Assembly (NCBI RefSeq): GCF_006345805.1
Contig: NC_043006.1
Location: 58,466,001 to 58,530,000 of the forward strand
From: Octopus sinensis
Lineage: Eukaryota
Direction: 5' to 3'
Length of the DNA: 64,000 nt
The notes below the pieces were generated by a model. The model did not search any database. It saw nothing but the letters and a program-made list of their open reading frames with translations, and was not told the DNA's origin. Numbering within the stretch: position 1 is the stretch's first letter; each line of letters opens with the position of its first letter. Shown one piece after another: positions 25,421-40,144 of this stretch. The translations under genes were made by a program, and so were the position numbers.

Positions 25421-25790
25421 TGTAATAGTTCTTCGATAATGCATAAAAGTTATAGGCGATCTTTCGTCTCTAGTAGACCTTTCCGTCGATTTCCGTAAAA
25501 AAAATTTTTTTTTTACATATGGGCTTGCGGGAACTTTTGAAGTAATATACATACATATACACATACACCGAGTAAAAATTTTCGTTATCTCTTTCTTTCA
25601 CACATTACTCTGTCTCTTCACACATACTAACAGAAGCACTTACACAACTACTGTCTGTCTCCCACACCCCATCAACACACACACACCCCACACACACAAT
25701 GTACATCAATGCTCCCATGCACGGTAACTTCAAAACGAATTTCCCCTCGTCATACAATCGCTTTCTCTTAGTCTCTTTCGCTCTCATTAC
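25421..25790 (+). repeat. ~370-bp repeat, second copy at 27698-28078 with an inverted partial copy at 28078-28170
   Basis: Near-identical sequence seen by eye. Confidence 0.8.
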
Positions 25791-26080
25791 GCTCTCATGT
25801 GGTGGTATGGTGTGGTGGTATGTGGTATGTGGTGAGGTTTGGGGGTGTGGGGTTGTGGGAAAGGCGAGAGTGGGGAAGCAAGGGTGGCATCTAAGAGATG
25901 GGTGAAGTTGGAATGTGTAGGGTGGGGTAACGAGGGTGAGGTGACGATGAAGGGAGAGGGTAGAAGTGAGAAGGTGGGTAGGAGAGAAGAGAGGAAGTAG
26001 GTACCAAGCAAGAGAGGAGAGGTGGTGGGATGAAATAGGTGTGAGAGAAAAGAGGAGAGAGGAGGAGGTTTATATATATA

Positions 26081-26141
<61 letters not shown>

Positions 26142-26229
26142 CATATAATATAATATAAAAAATTCGAAAACTAATTTCTGCATGTAGTGTGTCGCCACAT
26201 GTAAAGTAGCCTGACCAAGTGCCACATCG

Positions 26230-26500
26230 ATGCAAAGAGTTGGGAAAACGTTAGCTAAAGATAGAACCGCATGGGAAAACTCGGTGAACAAAGGAGTCAA
26301 ACAACTCGGGGAAGAAGAAAACATCCTGGCCCTCAAAGCAAAACGTCAACGAAAGAAAGAAAGACAACGCACTGCAGCCCAGCAGTCCTGCAGGACCTTC
26401 TTTGCTTGCAGATTTCGCAGTAGAACTTACTCATCAACCATAGAAGTATCACTCATTAGAGAAACTGCAGGAAGAAAACTACGAGTACCTAATTAAGACA
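26230..26500 (+). mobile_element. RTE-like LINE 3' end remnant
   Basis: LAKDRTAWENSVNKGVKQL...KRQRKKER resembles the RTE C-terminus. Confidence 0.55.
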
Positions 26501-26682
26501 CTCATCATTGCTTAGAATGTCTGTCAAGACGCGAAGAATATACATTATATATTATATATATATATATATAATATATATATATATATGATCGTATATTTGT
26601 TCCAGTCGTTTGACTGCGGCCATGCTGGAGCACCGCCTTTAGGCGAATAATTGGACCCCAGAACATATATATATATATATGC

Positions 26683-27075
26683 GCAGGGTGGCTGTGTGGT
26701 AAGTAGCTTGCTTACCAACCACATGGTTCCGGGTTCAGTCCCACTGCGTGGCATCTTGGGCAAGTGTCTTCTACTATAGCCTCGGGCCGACCAAAGCCTT
26801 GTGAGTGGATTTGGTAGACGGAAACTGAAAGAAGCCCGTCGTAAATATGTATATATATGTGTGTGTGTATGTGTGTGTGTGTGTATGTTTGTGTGTCTGT
26901 GTTTGTCCCCCTAGCATTGCTTGACAACCCATGCTGGTGTGTTTATGTCCCCGTCACTTAGCGGTTCGGCAAAAGAGACCGATAGAATAAGTACTGGGCA
27001 TACAAAGATTTGCTCGACTAAGGTGGTGCTCCAGCATGGCCGTAGTCAAATGACTGAAACAAACAAAAGAGTAAA
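26683..27075 (+). mobile_element. SINE family B
   Basis: Matches 18683-19072; B-box GGTTCAGTCCC. Confidence 0.85.
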
Positions 27076-27109
27076 GAGCATATATATATAAACACACCAC
27101 AATAATATA

Positions 27110-27193
<84 letters not shown>

Positions 27194-29436
27194 TCGAATT
27201 TGAAGCAACGAATTTTTAATACAGACAACTGACCTGGCCAGAATCGAACCCACAAATCATCACTTACACGGCTCCTTGCGCATCCGATTGGGCCAAACGT
27301 TCACCCAGCAATTTCAGCCAGATTTACTGAATATATACTTTCTGGTTTGTTTACAAATATTATATATATGTGTATGTATGTTATATATATATATAGACGC
27401 ACGCACATGCACACATTCGCACACACACGTGCGCGCACGCACGCACACACACACACACACACACACACTAGTGATGATATTAACAGAAATAATAGGTATA
27501 GTGCAAAATTTTAAGTATTTTCTGTTTTTATTGGAACTAATATGTTTCAGATGGATGATGGTCAATTGCCTATCGTGTGATTGGCATTTTATACAATATA
27601 TGTATGTTGGCAATTAGTTTTTCATGCGTAAAACGTATAGAAGTAGAACAGTAAACCGAAAAAGTTCTTCGCTTTCTTTTTGATTGTTACACGATTCTAA
27701 TAGTTCTTTGATAATGCATAAAAGTTATAGGCGATCTTTCGTTTCTAGTAGACTTTCCGTCGATTTCCGTAAAATTTTTTTTTTTTTTACATATGGGCTT
27801 GCGGGAACTTTTGAAGTAATATACATACATATACACATACACCGAGTAAAAATGTTCAGTTATCTCTTTCTTTCACACATTACTCTCTGTCTCTTACAAC
27901 TAACAGAAGCACTTCACTTACACAACATACTGTCTGTCTCCCACACCCCATCAAACACACACACACACACACCACACACACACACACACATGTACATCAA
28001 TGCTCCCATGCACGGTAACTTCAAAAGAATTTCCCTCGTCATACAATCGCTTTCTCTTAGTCTCTTTCGCTCTCATTACTTCAAAAGTTCCTGCAAGCCC
28101 ATATGTAAAAAAAAAAAAAAATTTTACGGAAATCGACGGAAAGGTCTACTAGAGACGAAAGATTGCCAAGTTATAACCAGAGAAAACATAATCAATACAA
28201 TTAACACCTTTCCATTGGCAGGAGATGGTTGTCACACATTCTACAAGTAGAATAACAGTACCATCCATTCAACCGGAAAAGGGAGTACTAGCTATTGTTG
28301 TTAAGAGTACAATAAATGTAATTTTCTTGACCGAATATTGTGGATTTGTAAGCAAACATTTCAGATATGAAATAATATAATGTATATTTGTTGTTTGTTT
28401 GTTTGTTTATTTGTTGTTGTTTTTTTATACCTGATTAACTTGTTTTTCATATAATGGCTTTATTGTTCGTGTAACAAAACAATTTCTTATCGTAAAGATA
28501 CCTTCATTCACATACACAAAAGAAAACCACTCACACAGATTCACACACGTATACAGATGCTCACACTCACAAACAGGCATTCAAATATACACGGGTGTGA
28601 TTTATACATTAACCCGAATTTACGAAACCTGAAGAGTTCCGAAAAAGCAACTCTTTCAACAATGAAACTTTTTATTGTCTAAGCAATTGTGAAGATATTT
28701 ATCATAATAATTAAGTAGTGTTACATAATAACAAACAACAGAAATTCAACGTTGGTCAGAATTGTTGTCGGAACGTACTTTATACATTATAATAACAAAA
28801 TAGCAGTCTGAGCCAACGAGGAAGCCTCGGCGATGTCGGGGCTGAGAGAATCGTTAGCACGTCGGACAAAATGCTTCACGGCATTTTATTAAAATTCTGA
28901 GTTCATATACCGCCGAGGTCAACTTTACTTTCCACCGTTAGGGAGTCGTTAAAATAAGTACCAGTTAAGTACTGGAATAGTACTTTGGTAGAAAGATCAT
29001 TATTATTATTAAAAGTGGCAAGCTGGAAAAATCTTTAGCAAATCGGTTAAGATGATTCACGGCATTTCTTCGGCCCTTTGCGTTCAGAGTTCAAATCACT
29101 CCGTGGTTGACTTTGCTTTTATCCTTTTGGTGTCGATGAAATAAGTACCAGTTGAGCACTGGATTCAATGTAATAGACTAACTCCGTCCTACTAAATTTG
29201 CTGGCCTCACCCCAAAATTTGAAGCCATCATCAAAAGAACCCGTCAGAATCATTAGTCTCGCCTGGATTTTAAAAAAACTGATGGCTTAATTATTTTTTC
29301 TTCATAGAAAATTATCTCCGTATATAAAAGAGAAGCATGGCATATCAACGAATCTAAGAATACTGTAAATATCTGCTGGAACGTTTAGAACAGGTTCCTG
29401 CCTTGAAATATAGGTCGTTACTAGTTAACAGTTGTC

Positions 29437-29563
29437 TTCTTCTTCTTCTTCTTCTTCTTCTTCTTCTTCTTCTTCTTCTTCTTCTTCTTCTTCTTCTTCT
29501 TCTTCTTCTTCTTCTTCTTCTTCTTCTTCTTCTTCTTCTTCTTCTTCTTCTTCTTCTTCTTCA
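29437..29563. repeat. (TTC)n microsatellite
   Basis: Directly visible. Confidence 0.98.
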
Positions 29564-29844
29564 ATCAGGACTCACGCCATTAGCCACAAAGAATAATCTC
29601 TAATTCGAGCCTATTCTAAGCTACTAAGAATGCGTGTGGCAACTTGAAGATCCACCCACCACACGCGATAGACTGGCGGTTGCACGGGCGCGAAAGCTAC
29701 GTTGTTATCCTCATTCCGTAAACGGTGGCTTTTAACGGGTGGAGAGCTGAACCATCCTGGGGTACAGAGGATTCGCAATCTAGACTAGGGTCTGAAAATT
29801 CACCACACCATAGTGGGTTACACCATGGTTCCTCTGCTTTGTGG

Positions 29845-30038
29845 CAGAAGTAGGAAGAAAGATTGAGAGAAAGTTGTGGTGAAAGAGTAGAGCGGGGTTC
29901 ACCCCCACCCCCGCCGGAGCCGCGTGGAGTTTAGGTGTTTTCGCTCAATAAACACTCACAATGCCCGGTCTGGGAATCGAAACCGCGGTCTTACGACCGT
30001 CAGTCCGCTGCCCTAACCACTGGGCCATTGCACCTCCA
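29845..30038 (-). mobile_element. SINE family C
   Basis: Same head and body as 14948-15232. Confidence 0.8.
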
Positions 30039-30304
30039 CTGTTGTTGTTGCTGTTGCTACTGCTGCTACTGTTGTTGTTATTGTTGGTTTGTTCCAGGTC
30101 CATTCCTATCAAACTGACCTACGATGAAAGGTGTTCCAGTCTTGACCATCCTGTCTTTTTGTATGTTTTACACTATGTTGTCCAATATGTTCCTTTCTTT
30201 TCCAATATGGTAGAGATTTGCCTGCGATTCTTCGCAAGTCTAGCAGCCACGTAGAGGTTTCTTCGGTGTTTATAGTCGCCAGATTTTGTGTGTCGTGTTG
30301 TATG

Positions 30305-30345
<41 letters not shown>

Positions 30346-30445
30346 CGTGTAGACATGTATACATGAAACAGACACATACACACACACAGGCACACAGACA
30401 GACAGACAGACAGACAGATAGACAGATAGACAGATAGAAAGATAG

Positions 30446-30493
<48 letters not shown>

Positions 30494-30522
30494 CAGATAG
30501 ACAGATAGACAGACAGACAGAC

Positions 30523-30599
<77 letters not shown>

Positions 30600-30600
<1 letters not shown>

Positions 30601-31640
30601 GTTTCTTTATTGGCCACACAGGGCTGCACACAGATGGGACAAGTTACAAGGTAGAGCTTTTCTTTTGGGGGATGAAGAGAACAAAAAACAAAAGAAAAAA
30701 AAAGGGGTGGCGTAGGTTTTCGATCAAGAGGGATCGTAAAAGGGAAGAAAAGAACAAAAACAACAAAAAATTGAATAAAATAAAAAGAATAAAAAGAAAA
30801 AAAAAGGAAAGGAAAAGGAACAAAAGGAAAGAGAAATGAAAAAAGAAGAAAAAAGGGGAAAAAAGGGGAAGAGGAAAAAAGAACGATCAATAGGGATCGT
30901 GTATCACAGTGTTATGATATATGGTGTAAAGGGGAAAGCAAGTAAGGTTTATCCGTGGGAAGAAAAGCCTACGAAAAAGACCACGGTAGCCTTGGTCAAT
31001 ATTGTTATATGTTACCACATTTGTTTGCAAGTGGGTAACCCTCTGTTTTCAATTTCTTGGTTCATAGGATTATGCTCAAGGTGGCTTCGTCATTCATACG
31101 TGCCATCCTTGCTACATTCACCCATCTTTTTTTAAAACATTCGCTAGACAAAACTTGCCTCTCTACTCTCACTTTCCTTTTCAAGTGGTACTTGAAGTTG
31201 ATGAGAGATTGACCAGAGAGGAAAGTGTTTGTCTCCAATCCTTTCAGACGCGTCCACCAGATACATTCTTTCGCCATAGCCACAAGGATGATGAAAATAG
31301 CTCTTCCTTCCCGTTTGAAGGAAGGAGGCGTGACAATATTGACGATAGACTCAGCTGATAAACCGACTCGTCCCACACGTGACAGCAGTTGTTCGACATA
31401 AGGCCACAGGTCGGAAATTGTTGGACACTGCACGAGTGCGTGCAGAACGGTTTCGTCGCTCTGACCGCATCTCGGGCAGGTCGGCCCCGTGTTTCTCGAG
31501 CCGTGTCTGTAGAGCTTATCCCGAACGGGTAGCGCTTCTCGGTAGCACTGCCAGGCCAGGGATCTCTGGAAGTTGTCCATGGGCCCTGGCCCGAAAGTCG
31601 TCCTGAACAGGCGGGTCAGGTACTCCTCGTCGACGTCCAG
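30600..31640 (-). mobile_element. 5'-truncated Tx1/L1-clade LINE (ORF2 C-terminus and 3' UTR) inside (GATA)n
   Basis: ALPVRDKL...[23 protein letters not shown] region, open to its stop at 31062; AATAAA next to (TCTA)n; GATA tracts at 30400-30599 and 31641-31975. Confidence 0.85.
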
Positions 31641-31650
31641 GTAGATAGAT

Positions 31651-31707
<57 letters not shown>

Positions 31708-31728
31708 CAGGCAGACAGACAGACAGAC

Positions 31729-31797
<69 letters not shown>

Positions 31798-31800
31798 GGC

Positions 31801-31976
<176 letters not shown>

Positions 31977-32340
31977 TGAAAAACAGGCGGATACAGCAAA
32001 CGTTTCTAAAGAAATAACTTTTTTTGTTGAAATATTCGTTAATCAATCTTCATAGGACAAGTTTTGAATACGAAATGTGACAGAGGTCATTGCATGCTTG
32101 AAAGATAAAGAAACCAACATTGATGAGATACTTTGTATTTATCTCTTCTGGTGTACGTTACAGAAATGTGAGATGGATTCATAATTGTAAATGTTTCGTA
32201 AATATGAAGGATGGGCAGTGTGATCTTTTATTATATACAGAGTGTCAATAAACTATTTTAATGAAATCGAGCAAATGTTTTTTAAAAAGACTGACACAAT
32301 TTTATGTTTATTACTTAATCATATTACCAAAATTTTGTTA

Positions 32341-32632
32341 CCCAGTGGTTAGAGCAACGGACTCGCGGTCGAGGGATCGCGGATTCGGATCTAAGACCGT
32401 GTGTATTTATGAGCGAGACACCTAAACTCCACGCGGCTCCGGCAGAAGGTAATGGCGAAACTTCTGCTGACTCTTTCGCCACAACTTTCTCTCACTCTTT
32501 CCTCTTGCAGCTCACCTGAGACGGACCGACGTTCCGTCCAGGTGGGGAACCTATACGCCAAGGAAACCGGGAAACCGGGCCTATGAGCCAGGCGTGGCTC
32601 ATGGGGCCGAGAAGGAACAAACAACAACAACA
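32341..32632 (+). mobile_element. SINE family C, nested
   Basis: CCCAGTGGTTAGAGCAACGGACTCGCGG head. Confidence 0.75.
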
Positions 32633-32920
32633 ACGTCAAAACTTTATTGAAAATGTTCAACATATGCTCCGTCTGTAGCCCTGCAAATTTCAAATCTATC
32701 CTTAGAGTTGCGAAACACATTTTGAAGGATTCCAGGAGTTATCTCCTTCACTGCTAACTGGATGCGTTCTTCAAGTTCTGCTAAACTGTGGCTCCATCCT
32801 GGGGCTGGAGGTAAAGAAATTGATTGCAGCCAAATTGAAAAACAGCTGTCGTGGACAGATAAGCGGGATCCAATAGGAATGAAAATAAAATTATTTAATA
32901 TATATATACAAATCATGAAA

Positions 32921-33432
32921 TCTCTCTCTATATAAACGGCAGTTTGTCTGTCTGTGTGTCTGTGTGTCAGGTTGTACCCTCATCCTGACCACGGCTTTCA
33001 ACCGATTCTGATGAAACTTGACACACACATAGCCCAATGTCATAATTCAAAACTAACACAGCGAAAATTTTGAAAAGTTCCCCCAGTTCTGAAAAAAATC
33101 GATAAATTCGACATGGAGTCGAGAATCTAAGCTTTTTATATGCAACACATTTTCTGTTGTAGTTTTCGCAACTTACATTTGGGCGAACAGTGCTTCGCCC
33201 ACGGTCAACTCTACGTGGGCTGTTCACGCGTTGGGAGGCGCAATGATGTTTTCATGTTTTCGCCCAAAGGGACAGCTAGGAGCATCGTATACACAGAAGT
33301 ATTCGAGTGAAGAGAAGACATTGCAACCTACACATGCGCCTTCGTTCCCTAGAGGGAAAGGACTAGATTGGGATTAGTCGTTGCCTACTAGGGGTTCTTA
33401 CATACCCGGGTAATGCCGGACTATGCTGCTAA
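32921..33432 (+). mobile_element. Non-autonomous Helitron, nested
   Basis: A^TC...TATATAAA 5' end; CCCGGG...CCGG hairpin followed by CTAA^T. Confidence 0.7.
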
Positions 33433-34189
33433 TCATAAATAAAACTAAAAGTTTATACACTTTTAACACATACTAGACATGATAAACATAAATAAGAGTG
33501 ATTTTTTTTTAAATTGTTCAATTTCACTGAAATAGATAGTAAATTCTGGGACACCCTGTATATTGCTTCAAAGAGCATTTGAGTTTAAGGGCAAGAAAGA
33601 AATCTTTGAAAGGAATTAATAGCATTAATAAAATTCAATAAAATTCACGTGCGTGCGTGTATGTTTTTTCTCTGGTATGTGTATGTATGTGTAAATATAT
33701 ATGTATGCTTATGGTATTTATGTGCGCGAGTGTGACTGGTGTACGCTAGTGTAGTTGCAACAGCAATGCTGGGGGATAGGAATTGAACTGAGGTTTGGTG
33801 GAGTGAGGAAGTGTAGAGAGCGGAAGTATACGTTACAATAGACGTGTGCATGTGTGTGCATATGTGTGCGCATGTGTATGTGAGCATGTATGTGCCCGTG
33901 ACAATGTCATCAAGCGTATGCACTGGAAGGCCATATTCTTCGAGAATCCTTCTACTGCTACATCCGCAGACAAGTTCGGCTTCAATTCCTGAAAGTGCCT
34001 TCCTCAGATAAAAGGACCGTGAGAGCTTCGAAATTGGCTTATGGAGCACTGTAAAGAAAGTTAGGTTTCGATATCGTTCTAATCCTCTACTCAATCTAAA
34101 ATGACTATATGGCAAAAATTAAGCAATGAGCGTATCCTCGCAAAAACAAAAACATTTATGAAACAAGCATCCCACGCACGCAAGACTCC

Positions 34190-35240
34190 TCACAAAGACA
34201 ATCACAAGACATACAAGAAGACTAACACCTCCACATACAATGAGATACTATGAATACAGAAGCGAAGGAGCTTGCCAGCGTCTTGATATCGAGGATCGTG
34301 TGAACCTCCTCGTCACGTGATCGCCAACCACCTACATTACACTTAAGGATCATAAACCTAATTTCCTCTCCAGCCCCGCAATCAGGCTAATCAACCCTTC
34401 TAAAAGTAAGATAGACATTGTCAGTAAGCACATTCTTGATACCATCAACTCTTACATTAGAAGAGCCACATAGTTTATTCAATTGGATTCTAGGGCATCT
34501 GTGATCAACTGGTACCGCGGTATCGCTAGTAAATCAGCCTGCAGATTAACGCAGTTTGACACTGGAAACTTATATCTTTCTGTATTGAAACCTCTCCCTC
34601 CTGAAGGCCCTGGATTTTGTTAAGATATCCAGAAGTATAAGTGATTTTGGCGTCAGAATCATTATGCACGTCAGAATCATCATGCACGTCAGAAAGTCGA
34701 TCCTGATTAACGACCATTACTTCTGGGTGATCCATTGTTCGACGTTTCTATGGAGAGCTACGACAGAGCTGAGATCGCCGACCTCGTCGGATTATTTTTA
34801 TGGATATCCTCAAGAAACACAAGCACTTACATAAGTCGGCCCTTTACAAGGCCTACGGCCTGGCAATCTCAAGCCATCTGAACGGCCACAAGATGGACAA
34901 GTTTAGGAAGAGACTGATAAAAATATTCAGAGAATTCGATCTGTCCAAAACAGTTACCACCAACTTGACCACGATCGATTTCCTAGACGAGATCTTAGAC
35001 CTGAAAACGAGCAAGTATTACCCATACAGGAAGCCCAACAAGGAAACTGTGTACATCTATAGAAGCTCGATTCACGTCCTTCTCCCCACCCCCGCTGTAA
35101 TTAGAAACCTAGTGTCGAGCGTTAGCGAAAGAATAACCAACGTTTTGGCCGTTAGGGAGACCTTCAACAAGCACGCCCCCAACACCAACACCCCTATAAT
35201 GATGCACTGGCAAGGAGTGGATTTACCGAGAAATTAGCAT
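34190..35240 (+). pseudogene. Penelope-like element reverse transcriptase remnant
   Basis: [44 protein letters not shown]; YRDDG region decayed. Confidence 0.85.
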
Positions 35241-35259
35241 ATGTGAAGGACTCATTCCC

Positions 35260-35400
35260 GCACCTGTTTTCTCCCCATCTGTTTTCTCCCCTTCTGTAGA
35301 AAAGTGTAGGCTCGAAACGTCAAGGACTTTCATTTTTCCTGAACATCAAATTAATACACCCTGTTCTTTCATATGTCTCCGTTCTTTGTATAAATTTTGT
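35260..35400 (+). mobile_element. P1 LTR fragment with hammerhead variant (35290-35325) directly after the Penelope RT
   Basis: CCTT-CTGTAGA-A-AAGT GTAG GCTC-GAAAC-GT-C-AAGG; stem I CCTT/AAGG covaries with CTTT/AAAG in other copies. Confidence 0.65.
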
Positions 35401-35696
35401 ATATTTTTAAACCATGTATTGACTAATTTCTCGGTAACGCTAATAATTACTATATTTTGAAACTTTATCATAAACAAAAAAACATCCCAACTAAAAATCA
35501 ATTGATCAGTTAAATCGTCCTCTATATTAAGATGAGAAGTAATCAATAGTAAGCAATAGAGAAGTCACATCTGCAGTGAGAAATGAGCCAACAGTTTCCA
35601 ATAGATTAACAAAAATGTCGATTCGTAAAGCAATAAAATTAAGAACTTTTGATATTTTGTTCTTTTTTTTATTCTACTTCGGAATGTATATATAGA

Positions 35697-36594
35697 TCTC
35701 TATATATATAAAGCTGAAGTTGTCTGTGTATGGCGGGTTTGGTAGCCTTCAACTAACACTGTCTCCTCCGAGACCCTGCGGCGCAAGTTGACCAAAATGG
35801 AATGTATGATAGAAGAAGGCTTGCTCTTCCTTCCGTAGAAGAAAAAATTCAAATCGGACCATGTTAACACCAAAAATTATATACATCAAAAAGGTGCTTT
35901 TTTTTCTATGAAAATCCCTATTTTTTACGATTTTTTGACTGCTGTGTCGCCATTTTTCGGTGTATTTCAACCAGAAAAATGTTCACTTAAAGAGAATAAC
36001 AAGCTACATAATGCAATTTTTTTTACTTTTCAAGAATTCCGATTCTAAAGGGTCGAAACAAACCCGAGCAACGCCGGGCGATACTGCTAGTATTTTTATA
36101 TTTAGCGGATTGACAGAATCGTTACTGCGTTGAACAAAATGTCATCTCTATATATATAAAGCTGAAGTTGTCTGTGTATGGCGGGTTTGGTAGCCTTCAA
36201 CTAACACTGTCTCCTCCGAGACCCTGAGGCGCAAGTTGACCAAAATGGAATGTATGATAGAAGAAGGCTTGCTCTTCCTTCCGTAGAAGAAAAAAATTCA
36301 AATCGGACCATGTTAACACCAAAAATTATATACATCAAAAAGGTGCTTATTTTTCTATGAAAATCCCTATTTTTTACGATTTTTTGACTGCTGTGTCGCC
36401 ATTTTTCGGTGTATTTCAACCAGAAAAATGTTCACTTAAAGAGAATAACAAGCTACATAATGCAATTTTTTTTACTTTTCAAGAATTCCAATTCTAAAGG
36501 GTCGAAACAAACCCGAGCAACGCCGGGCGATACTGCTAGTATTTTTATATTTAGCGGATTGACAGAATCGTTACTGCGTTGAACAAAATGTCAT
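35697..36594 (+). mobile_element. Tandem pair of non-autonomous Helitrons (35697-36090, 36145-36539), each followed by the same ~54-bp flank
   Basis: A^TC starts, CCCG-AGCAACGC-CGGG hairpin, CTAG^T ends; about three differences between copies. Confidence 0.85.
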
Positions 36595-36599
36595 GGTAC

Positions 36600-37375
36600 T
36601 TAAAGGATCCCACTCGTTCTCTGGTGTTATATGGATTGTGTTTTTTCGTCTATCACTAAATTCCTACACCTCCAATACGGTTTTCGGAAGTGGAGGAGAA
36701 AAAGGCATAACCAAAGCCTTACTTTTTCCTCCCACAAAAAATCATTCCCTCGGTCATTTTCTTCAACGCTTCTTTCTTTAAGCATAGCCAACTTTGACCT
36801 TTCTAAAAAAATAAAAATGAATAAAGCTTCTTTCCTTGAAAATTTGATTTCATCTTTTCTACACATTCCCGTTTTCTCTTTTTGAGTTGCACAACGTCTG
36901 TAAATAGTCCTTCGCGTATTAACTCCTTAAAGGAGTGTTACTTATTTTTATTCTTGTATCTACAATATTGTAGATTAATGATTCTGTTCATTGGAAGCTG
37001 CTTCCTTGTTTTCTTGTCGATATCCTTCAGCGTATCCTTTCTCTACTTAAAAGTTCCTGCTCCATACCTTATTGGGGTTATGCCCTCGCATTGATTGCTC
37101 GTTTGCTGCATTCAATTTGGATTTTCAAATCTTCATTCTGCAAAAATATTCTTTACTAAGGTTTTTCATTCATTTCTGTAACTCCTTAGTACGAACAGTA
37201 ATAGTATTTAGAAACGCATTGGAATGACGTTCGGAATTGAGAAATATGCTATGGTAAATATGAAGCAGAGAAGACCTATTAAAAGTACTGGAATCGATCT
37301 ATTTAATGGTAAGAATATAAAATCATTAAGCACAGAAGAAGCATAAATATCTGGCAATCCTAAAAATGACAGAAT
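36600..37375. mobile_element. Decayed R4-clade LINE fragment with an inverted 5' segment
   Basis: Plus strand 37205-37375 IGMTFGIEK...KYLAIL; minus strand 37170-36850 SKEYFCRM, KSKLNAAN, RYGAG, DIDKKTRKQLPMN. Confidence 0.7.
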
Positions 37376-37399
37376 ATATTAATATAATATAGGCGGGCG

Positions 37400-38560
<1,161 letters not shown>

Positions 38561-39883
38561 AGTATTATTACTATAATATTGCAATTAAAGTATCATTATT
38601 ATTAAGATGGCGTGTAAGCAGAATTGTCAGCGCGTCAGACAAATTGCTTTCACATTTTCGTATCCCTCCCACTCTCTTTCTCAGCCACTTCTGCCTACTT
38701 CTCTACATCTACTAACGTTTTGGAGCATTTGATTTGTCTACAACACAAATTAGTAACACATATTTCTTTCTCCTATCTCTCAGGCAATGCCGTTGGGAGC
38801 ACTGGACGGCACTGCAACTCCTCACTATTCAATGGTGCACTCTCAGATTTTGAAAATACAGTTTACAAAAATCTTCCTGCAATATATTTCCGAGAAGTCT
38901 AACTAACATACCCGTCGCTAAGGAGATGCACTGGACGGTACTGCCCCCTCGCTATTCAATGGTGCAACCTCAGATTTAGAAAATACAGTTAACAAAAATC
39001 TTCCCACAATATAAATTAGTGCCCTCCAAAAATATTCTGAAGCACCCCCAGCCACCGAAGTTTGGCAATGGGTCTGTCTCATACGAAGAGACATGTCCGA
39101 AACATAAGTTCTCGCTTATTACAGCAATCAAATTTATCAAATTCATTCACAAATTTTTCTCCCTTCTACACATTCGTTCAACTGTTAGTCTGAAGTGAAC
39201 TTCTAAGTGTAAAAAATATGAACACAAGATGCTAGCTGACACATAAAACGTTCTTAATTTATTACTTAACATTTATTTAATGGGAATTGTTGACCTATTT
39301 TTCGTTATTGCTAATTAATTTGACCTCTTATGTGAAGTGATTTTTTTTTTCCGTCGCTCCGGTACACCTCTTCTACAGCGAAATCTTTTCTTTCTTCTCG
39401 GTTGCCGAGGATGTATTCAAAAATGTTTAATGAACAGATTCTGTTTAAATAAGAATCAGTCAATAGTTCTATATTGCTTACGCCCAAGCGTTGATCAAAG
39501 AGATACATTGAGAAAAAATACTTTTGTATCCCGAGAAAATATCTCAGAAAATTTCTATGACAAGTTCCCGAAGAACTCACTGAAATAGCTCGTTGTTATA
39601 ATGGCGCACCTTAATACTTCCTTTTCCCATTTTACACATTATCTTTTATTTTCTACTTGTTTCAGTCATTTGACTGTGGCCATGCTGGGACATCACCTTG
39701 GGAGATTTTAGTCGAATGCATCGACACCGGTAGTTATTTTTTTAAGCCTGGTACTTACTCTATCGGTCTTTTTTTGCCGAGCCGCTAGTTTACAGGGACG
39801 TAAACACACCAACACCGGTTATCAAGTGGTGGGCGGACAAACACAGACACAAAGGCGTGCGCATACGCACACACACACACGCG

Positions 39884-39924
<41 letters not shown>

Positions 39925-39944
39925 ACACACATGGATAAACTGGG

Positions 39945-40058
39945 ATTTTCAGAAAGAGAAATCGACCAGCTAATTCGTACATTACACGTGCAATCTGTGA
40001 GTGAAACAGTAAAAATATACAAGACTTTTCTCAAATTCCAAATATAAATTTGTCTGTG
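39945..40058 (+). mobile_element. Short 3' end of a REL-type LINE (second copy at 37655-37770)
   Basis: DKLGFSEREIDQLIRTLHVQSVSETVKIYKTFLKFQI resembles the 8985-9060 C-terminus. Confidence 0.65.
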
Positions 40059-40144
40059 TTAACTACATCCCTTGTATCTTTCTTGGAAACTGGCTCCTTC
40101 CTCATTGGAAGATTTATAATAATTAAAAAATAGAAGAAACATAC

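Larger units (their letters stand above)
32238..33558 (-). mobile_element. Deleted Tc1/mariner-superfamily element carrying nested SINE and Helitron
   Basis: Partial TIRs CAGAGTGTC and GACACCCTG with TA; LAELEERI...LQNVF...RFEIC...GAYVEH C-terminus at 32644-32800. Confidence 0.6.
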
